Shown here: positions 55,101-64,000 of the stretch, in pieces
Layout of the letters: every line of letters starts with the position of its first letter
Position numbering within the stretch: the stretch's first letter is position 1
Assembly (NCBI RefSeq): GCF_037042905.1
Contig: NC_087245.1
Location: 43,464,001 to 43,528,000, forward strand
Direction of reading: 5' to 3'
From: Lytechinus pictus
Taxonomy: Eukaryota
DNA length: 64,000 nt
Notes under the pieces: generated by a model
The model's database searches: none
Told to the model about the DNA's origin: nothing
Seen by the model: only the letters and a program-made list of their open reading frames with translations
Program-made: the position numbers and the translations under genes

Positions 55101-58100
55101 CTCAGCTCCCCCCCCCCCCCCGCGCGTATATAGCTTTCAACGAAGTGAATAGTATTCAAGTGCGCGATCCACATCTGACTGAGACAAGTTTATGTATTTT
55201 AATGTTTTGTTCATCTTTCTTTCTCGGCGTGCTCTTAACACTAAAATTGGGAATCCTTGATGATAATTAGTAATTATTTATCATTTTAAAATCCCTACTT
55301 ATTTCATTTCACACTCTCAAACCAACCAGATCTGATCTCCTGTTAGCAGTAGAAACTCGCATTTCTGCATGATAAATGATAATAAGCATTGAATATGCAT
55401 TTGAAAGCGTCATTTCATCATAGTAAGCGATAAATGCACTAAATGCCGAGTTATATACCGAACAACTGTTGTCAAACATAACCTATTTCATTGTATAAAA
55501 CTGTTTAAAGCATTCCATCACTGATTTCTAGCAGACGACGCTCAGCCTTAGCAACGAATGTGTTGAAGTGTAGTCGCGGTATAGGGAACACATGAGTATT
55601 ACAGACCCCCATTGACTCACGTGTTAAATCATAGCTCATCAAAAAATCATCAAAAATCAATCCCACGATAGATTTTGCTTTAATTCTCTGACATTTGTCA
55701 CAATCAACGGTACATTAAGACCTGATATGTTAATCGGGTACTTGCCCGGCTCAATCAAAAGTTAAGTGGCCTGAAATAAGACTAACCATAATTTCGGCCA
55801 GTTCATCGCCAGAAAAACCCGAACTGCATTGTGGGTAATAATAATTAAAATGAAATACAAAAATGCAGTTTAGCCTCCCCAAAGGCCTTAATTATAAAAG
55901 AGTATGAACATGACATTGTTTCTATCATTTATATTTTGATATACAAACATTTTGTCCATTTTTAATGAATTATTTTAATCAATAAAGTCATGTGATCTTT
56001 ACTTACGCCTGTCCGACATGCTTTGCGCGCGGTTGAATTACTCTCATGTGCCCTATACTGAGGGTCGAACAAAGAAAAGTTGAATATTTTGGTCTCAAAA
56101 GAAAGAGTGGGTTCTCCTGAAAAGATTGATACCTTGCATTCAATACCTAATCTGACTAAACGCGTTAAAAGAAAAGAAAACGTCTCATTAGACGCCCCTC
56201 ATTTTAATGTAAAAATACAGTGTTCCATTCACATAATTTGTGCGCTTCCTATAGGCTATGGTATTGCAGCTACAAGTTCTACTTGTTTGATGTCCATCAA
56301 TGGGCTAAAATATATATTGTGTGGAGTTAAAACTTCTTGTTAGCATGTTTAATTTTGTTCGAAGTGATTTATTACCTTTTTTATTCGCATAAAAATAAAC
56401 AAAGTAAATAAAAGAAAATTGATAACAAACAAAGAGTGTACGCAATTCTTGTGCTCATATCGCCTCTATTCCTCATTATAACTCACGAGCTGGAGGGGGG
56501 GTGCTATAGATATATACCATCAACCCCGCCCTGCTTACAAGACAGGAGGATGAGGTGTGTACCCCGACTCAGCTCCCCCCCCCCCCCGCGCGTATATAGC
56601 TTTCAACGAAGTGAATAGTATTCAAGTGCGCGATCCACATCTGACTGAGACAAGTTTATGTATTTTAATGTTTTGTTCATCTTTCTTTCTCGGCGTGCTC
56701 TTAACACTAAAATTGGGAATCCTTGATGATAATTAGTAATTATTTATCATTTTAAAATCCCTACTTATTTCATTTCACACTCTCAAACCAACCAGATCTG
56801 ATCTCCTGTTAGCAGTAGAAACTCGCATTTCTGCATGATAAATGATAATAAGCATTGAATATGCATTTGAAAGCGTCATTTCATCATAGTAAGCGATAAA
56901 TGCACTAAATGCCGAGTTATATACCGAACAACTGTTGTCAAACATAACCTATTTCATTGTATAAAACTGTTTAAAGCATTCCATCACTGATTTCTAGCAG
57001 ACGACGCTCAGCCTTAGCAACGAATGTGTTGAAGTGTAGTCGCGGTATACTGAGGGTCGAACAAAGAAAAGTTGAATATTTTGGTCTCAAAAGAAAGAGT
57101 GGGTTCTCCTGAAAAGATTGATACCTTGCATTCAATACCTAATCTGACTAAACGCGTTAAAAGAAAAGAAAACGTCTCATTAGACGCCCCTCATTTTAAT
57201 GTAAAAATACAGTGTTCCATTCACATAATTTGTGCGCTTCCTATAGGCTATGGTATTGCAGCTACAAGTTCTACTTGTTTGATGTCCATCAATGGGCTAA
57301 AATATATATTGTGTGGAGTTAAAACTTCTTGTTAGCATGTTTAATTTTGTTCGAAGTGATTTATTACCTTTTTTATTCGCATAAAAATAAACAAAGTAAA
57401 TAAAAGAAAATTGATAACAAACAAAGAGTGTACGCAATTCTTGTGCTCATATCGCCTCTATTCCTCATTATAACTCACGAGCTGGAGGGGGGGTGCTATA
57501 GATATATACCATCAACCCCGCCCTGCTTACAAGACAGGAGGATGAGGTGTGTACCCCGACTCAGCTCCCCCCCCCCCCGCGCGTATATAGCTTTCAACGA
57601 AGTGAATAGTATTCAAGTGCGCGATCCACATCTGACTGAGACAAGTTTATGTATTTTAATGTTTTGTTCATCTTTCTTTCTCGGCGTGCTCTTAACACTA
57701 AAATTGGGAATCCTTGATGATAATTAGTAATTATTTATCATTTTAAAATCCCTACTTATTTCATTTCACACTCTCAAACCAACCAGATCTGATCTCCTGT
57801 TAGCAGTAGAAACTCGCATTTCTGCATGATAAATGATAATAAGCATTGAATATGCATTTGAAAGCGTCATTTCATCATAGTAAGCGATAAATGCACTAAA
57901 TGCCGAGTTATATACCGAACAACTGTTGTCAAACATAACCTATTTCATTGTATAAAACTGTTTAAAGCATTCCATCACTGATTTCTAGCAGACGACGCTC
58001 AGCCTTAGCAACGAATGTGTTGAAGTGTAGTCGCGGTATAGGGAACACATGAGTATTACAGACCCCCATTGACTCACGTGTTAAATCATAGCTCATCAAA

Positions 58101-61100
58101 AAATCATCAAAAATCAATCCCACGATAGATTTTGCTTTAATTCTCTGACATTTGTCACAATCAACGGTACATTAAGACCTGATATGTTAATCGGGTACTT
58201 GCCCGGCTCAATCAAAAGTTAAGTGGCCTGAAATAAGACTAACCATAATTTCGGCCAGTTCATCGCCAGAAAAACCCGAACTGCATTGTGGGTAATAATA
58301 ATTAAAATGAAATACAAAAATGCAGTTTAGCCTCCCCAAAGGCCTTAATTATGAAAGAGTATGAACATGACATTGTTTCTATCATTTATATTTTGATATA
58401 CAAACATTTTGTCCATTTTTAATGAATTATTTTAATCAATAAAGTCATGTGATCTTTACTTACGCCTGTCCGACATGCTTTGCGCGCGGTTGAATTACTC
58501 TCATGTGCCCTATACTGAGGGTCGAACAAAGAAAAGTTGAATATTTTGGTCTCAAAAGAAAGAGTGGGTTCTCCTGAAAAGATTGATACCTTGCATTCAA
58601 TACCTAATCTGACTAAACGCGTTAAAAGAAAAGAAAACGTCTCATTAGACGCCCCTCATTTTAATGTAAAAATACAGTGTTCCATTCACATAATTTGTGC
58701 GCTTCCTATAGGCTATGGTATTGCAGCTACAAGTTCTACTTGTTTGATGTCCATCAATGGGCTAAAATATATATTGTGTGGAGTTAAAACTTCTTGTTAG
58801 CATGTTTAATTTTGTTCGAAGTGATTTATTACCTTTTTTATTCGCATAAAAATAAACAAAGTAAATAAAAGAAAATTGATAACAAACAAAGAGTGTACGC
58901 AATTCTTGTGCTCATATCGCCTCTATTCCTCATTATAACTCACGAGCTGGAGGGGGGGTGCTATAGATATATACCATCAACCCCGCCCTGCTTACAAGAC
59001 AGGAGGATGAGGTGTGTACCCCGACTCAGCTCCCCCCCCCCCCGCGCGTATATAGCTTTCAACGAAGTGAATAGTATTCAAGTGCGCGATCCACATCTGA
59101 CTGAGACAAGTTTATGTATTTTAATGTTTTGTTCATCTTTCTTTCTCGGCGTGCTCTTAACACTAAAATTGGGAATCCTTGATGATAATTAGTAATTATT
59201 TATCATTTTAAAATCCCTACTTATTTCATTTCACACTCTCAAACCAACCAGATCTGATCTCCTGTTAGCAGTAGAAACTCGCATTTCTGCATGATAAATG
59301 ATAATAAGCATTGAATATGCATTTGAAAGCGTCATTTCATCATAGTAAGCGATAAATGCACTAAATGCCGAGTTATATACCGAACAACTGTTGTCAAACA
59401 TAACCTATTTCATTGTATAAAACTGTTTAAAGCATTCCATCACTGATTTCTAGCAGACGACGCTCAGCCTTAGCAACGAATGTGTTGAAGTGTAGTCGCG
59501 GTATAGGGAACACATGAGTATTACAGACCCCCATTGACTCACGTGTTAAATCATAGCTCATCAAAAAATCATCAAAAATCAATCCCACGATAGATTTTGC
59601 TTTAATTCTCTGACATTTGTCACAATCAACGGTACATTAAGACCTGATATGTTAATCGGGTACTTGCCCGGCTCAATCAAAAGTTAAGTGGCCTGAAATA
59701 AGACTAACCATAATTTCGGCCAGTTCATCGCCAGAAAAACCCGAACTGCATTGTGGGTAATAATAATTAAAATGAAATACAAAAATGCAGTTTAGCCTCC
59801 CCAAAGGCCTTAATTATGAAAGAGTATGAACATGACATTGTTTCTATCATTTATATTTTGATATACAAACATTTTGTCCATTTTTAATGAATTATTTTAA
59901 TCAATAAAGTCATGTGATCTTTACTTACGCCTGTCCGACATGCTTTGCGCGCGGTTGAATTACTCTCATGTGCCCTATACTGAGGGTCGAACAAAGAAAA
60001 GTTGAATATTTTGGTCTCAAAAGAAAGAGTGGGTTCTCCTGAAAAGATTGATACCTTGCATTCAATACCTAATCTGACTAAACGCGTTAAAAGAAAAGAA
60101 AACGTCTCATTAGACGCCCCTCATTTTAATGTAAAAATACAGTGTTCCATTCACATAATTTGTGCGCTTCCTATAGGCTATGGTATTGCAGCTACAAGTT
60201 CTACTTGTTTGATGTCCATCAATGGGCTAAAATATATATTGTGTGGAGTTAAAACTTCTTGTTAGCATGTTTAATTTTGTTCGAAGTGATTTATTACCTT
60301 TTTTATTCGCATAAAAATAAACAAAGTAAATAAAAGAAAATTGATAACAAACAAAGAGTGTACGCAATTCTTGTGCTCATATCGCCTCTATTCCTCATTA
60401 TAACTCACGAGCTGGAGGGGGGGTGCTATAGATATATACCATCAACCCCGCCCTGCTTACAAGACAGGAGGATGAGGTGTGTACCCCGACTCAGCTCCCC
60501 CCCCCCCCCCCGCGCGTATATAGCTTTCAACGAAGTGAATAGTATTCAAGTGCGCGATCCACATCTGACTGAGACAAGTTTATGTATTTTAATGTTTTGT
60601 TCATCTTTCTTTCTCGGCGTGCTCTTAACACTAAAATTGGGAATCCTTGATGATAATTAGTAATTATTTATCATTTTAAAATCCCTACTTATTTCATTTC
60701 ACACTCTCAAACCAACCAGATCTGATCTCCGGTTAGCAGTAGAAACTCGCATTTCTGCATGATAAATGATAATAAGCATTGAATATGCATTTGAAAGCGT
60801 CATTTCATCATAGTAAGCGATAAATGCACTAAATGCCGAGTTATATACCGAACAACTGTTGTCAAACATAACCTATTTCATTGTATAAAACTGTTTAAAG
60901 CATTCCATCACTGATTTCTAGCAGACGACGCTCAGCCTTAGCAACGAATGTGTTGAAGTGTAGTCGCGGTATAGGGAACACATGAGTATTACAGACCCCC
61001 ATTGACTCACGTGTTAAATCATAGCTCATCAAAAAATCATCAAAAATCAATCCCACGATAGATTTTGCTTTAATTCTCTGACATTTGTCACAATCAACGG

Positions 61101-64000
61101 TACATTAAGACCTGATATGTTAATCGGGTACTTGCCCGGCTCAATCAAAAGTTAAGTGGCCTGAAATAAGACTAACCATAATTTCGGCCAGTTCATCGCC
61201 AGAAAAACCCGAACTGCATTGTGGGTAATAATAATTAAAATGAAATACAAAAATGCAGTTTAGCCTCCCCAAAGGCCTTAATTATGAAAGAGTATGAACA
61301 TGACATTGTTTCTATCATTTATATTTTGATATACAAACATTTTGTCCATTTTTAATGAATTATTTTAATCAATAAAGTCATGTGATCTTTACTTACGCCT
61401 GTCCGACATGCTTTGCGCGCGGTTGAATTACTCTCATGTGCCCTATACTGAGGGTCGAACAAAGAAAAGTTGAATATTTTGGTCTCAAAAGAAAGAGTGG
61501 GTTCTCCTGAAAAGATTGATACCTTGCATTCAATACCTAATCTGACTAAACGCGTTAAAAGAAAAGAAAACGTCTCATTAGACGCCCCTCATTTTAATGT
61601 AAAAATACAGTGTTCCATTCACATAATTTGTGCGCTTCCTATAGGCTATGGTATTGCAGCTACAAGTTCTACTTGTTTGATGTCCATCAATGGGCTAAAA
61701 TATATATTGTGTGGAGTTAAAACTTCTTGTTAGCATGTTTAATTTTGTTCGAAGTGATTTATTACCTTTTTTATTCGCATAAAAATAAACAAAGTAAATA
61801 AAAGAAAATTGATAACAAACAAAGAGTGTACGCAATTCTTGTGCTCATATCGCCTCTATTCCTCATTATAACTCACGAGCTGGAGGGGGGGTGCTATAGA
61901 TATATACCATCAACCCCGCCCTGCTTACAAGACAGGAGGATGAGGTGTGTACCCCGACTCAGCTCCCCCCCCCCCCCCCGCGCGTATATAGCTTTCAACG
62001 AAGTGAATAGTATTCAAGTGCGCGATCCACATCTGACTGAGACAAGTTTATGTATTTTAATGTTTTGTTCATCTTTCTTTCTCGGCGTGCTCTTAACACT
62101 AAAATTGGGAATCCTTGATGATAATTAGTAATTATTTATCATTTTAAAATCCCTACTTATTTCATTTCACACTCTCAAACCAACCAGATCTGATCTCCGG
62201 TTAGCAGTAGAAACTCGCATTTCTGCATGATAAATGATAATAAGCATTGAATATGCATTTGAAAGCGTCATTTCATCATAGTAAGCGATAAATGCACTAA
62301 ATGCCGAGTTATATACCGAACAACTGTTGTCAAACATAACCTATTTCATTGTATAAAACTGTTTAAAGCATTCCATCACTGATTTCTAGCAGACGACGCT
62401 CAGCCTTAGCAACGAATGTGTTGAAGTGTAGTCGCGGTATAGGGAACACATGAGTATTACAGACCCCCATTGACTCACGTGTTAAATCATAGCTCATCAA
62501 AAAATCATCAAAAATCAATCCCACGATAGATTTTGCTTTAATTCTCTGACATTTGTCACAATCAACGGTACATTAAGACCTGATATGTTAATCGGGTACT
62601 TGCCCGGCTCAATCAAAAGTTAAGTGGCCTGAAATAAGACTAACCATAATTTCGGCCAGTTCATCGCCAGAAAAACCCGAACTGCATTGTGGGTAATAAT
62701 AATTAAAATGAAATACAAAAATGCAGTTTAGCCTCCCCAAAGGCCTTAATTATGAAAGAGTATGAACATGACATTGTTTCTATCATTTATATTTTGATAT
62801 ACAAACATTTTGTCCATTTTTAATGAATTATTTTAATCAATAAAGTCATGTGATCTTTACTTACGCCTGTCCGACATGCTTTGCGCGCGGTTGAATTACT
62901 CTCATGTGCCCTATACTGAGGGTCGAACAAAGAAAAGTTGAATATTTTGGTCTCAAAAGAAAGAGTGGGTTCTCCTGAAAAGATTGATACCTTGCATTCA
63001 ATACCTAATCTGACTAAACGCGTTAAAAGAAAAGAAAACGTCTCATTAGACGCCCCTCATTTTAATGTAAAAATACAGTGTTCCATTCACATAATTTGTG
63101 CGCTTCCTATAGGCTATGGTATTGCAGCTACAAGTTCTACTTGTTTGATGTCCATCAATGGGCTAAAATATATATTGTGTGGAGTTAAAACTTCTTGTTA
63201 GCATGTTTAATTTTGTTCGAAGTGATTTATTACCTTTTTTATTCGCATAAAAATAAACAAAGTAAATAAAAGAAAATTGATAACAAACAAAGAGTGTACG
63301 CAATTCTTGTGCTCATATCGCCTCTATTCCTCATTATAACTCACGAGCTGGAGGGGGGGTGCTATAGATATATACCATCAACCCCGCCCTGCTTACAAGA
63401 CAGGAGGATGAGGTGTGTACCCCGACTCAGCTCCCCCCCCCCCCCCGCGCGTATATAGCTTTCAACGAAGTGAATAGTATTCAAGTGCGCGATCCACATC
63501 TGACTGAGACAAGTTTATGTATTTTAATGTTTTGTTCATCTTTCTTTCTCGGCGTGCTCTTAACACTAAAATTGGGAATCCTTGATGATAATTAGTAATT
63601 ATTTATCATTTTAAAATCCCTACTTATTTCATTTCACACTCTCAAACCAACCAGATCTGATCTCCGGTTAGCAGTAGAAACTCGCATTTCTGCATGATAA
63701 ATGATAATAAGCATTGAATATGCATTTGAAAGCGTCATTTCATCATAGTAAGCGATAAATGCACTAAATGCCGAGTTATATACCGAACAACTGTTGTCAA
63801 ACATAACCTATTTCATTGTATAAAACTGTTTAAAGCATTCCATCACTGATTTCTAGCAGACGACGCTCAGCCTTAGCAACGAATGTGTTGAAGTGTAGTC
63901 GCGGTATAGGGAACACATGAGTATTACAGACCCCCATTGACTCACGTGTTAAATCATAGCTCATCAAAAAATCATCAAAAATCAATCCCACGATAGATTT

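Larger units (their letters stand above)
26685..64000 (+). repeat. Macrosatellite: units of 1464-1472 bp (A+TATA+B+TATA) and 991-993 bp (B+TATA); 27 B and 22 complete plus 1 partial A copies; continues beyond the window
   Basis: Spacing of the identical 87-aa ORF (27 copies); units differ mainly in poly-C length plus a few SNPs. Confidence 0.98.

Noticed and set aside
26685..64000. Array as a pure assembly artefact
   Set aside because: Structured presence/absence of A and shared unit-specific SNPs argue for a real array, although copy number and poly-C lengths may be imprecise.

Overview
Eukaryotic, AT-rich animal genomic DNA; the repeat families suggest an echinoid (sea urchin), which is an inference only. 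Bases 1-12.3 kb hold ten in-frame coding exons (398 codons; the gene continues off the left edge) of a minus-strand white-like ABCG half-transporter. Its introns and the 12-26.7 kb region are packed with non-autonomous DNA transposons (MITEs and foldbacks), many with readable TIRs and TSDs and several nested. From 26685 to the window end is a very young, near-identical tandem array built from two modules. Module A is a 470-bp GGG...CCC TIR element; module B is ~989 bp; they are always joined by TATA. There are 27 B copies and 22 complete plus 1 partial A copies. Five B-TATA-B junctions lack A exactly and form an (ABB)n higher-order repeat. The array starts exactly at A's left terminus after TAGA rather than TATA, which suggests a whole concatemer was inserted as a giant composite transposon using A's ends. 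No rRNA, tRNA, snRNA, CRISPR array or transposase gene was recognised.
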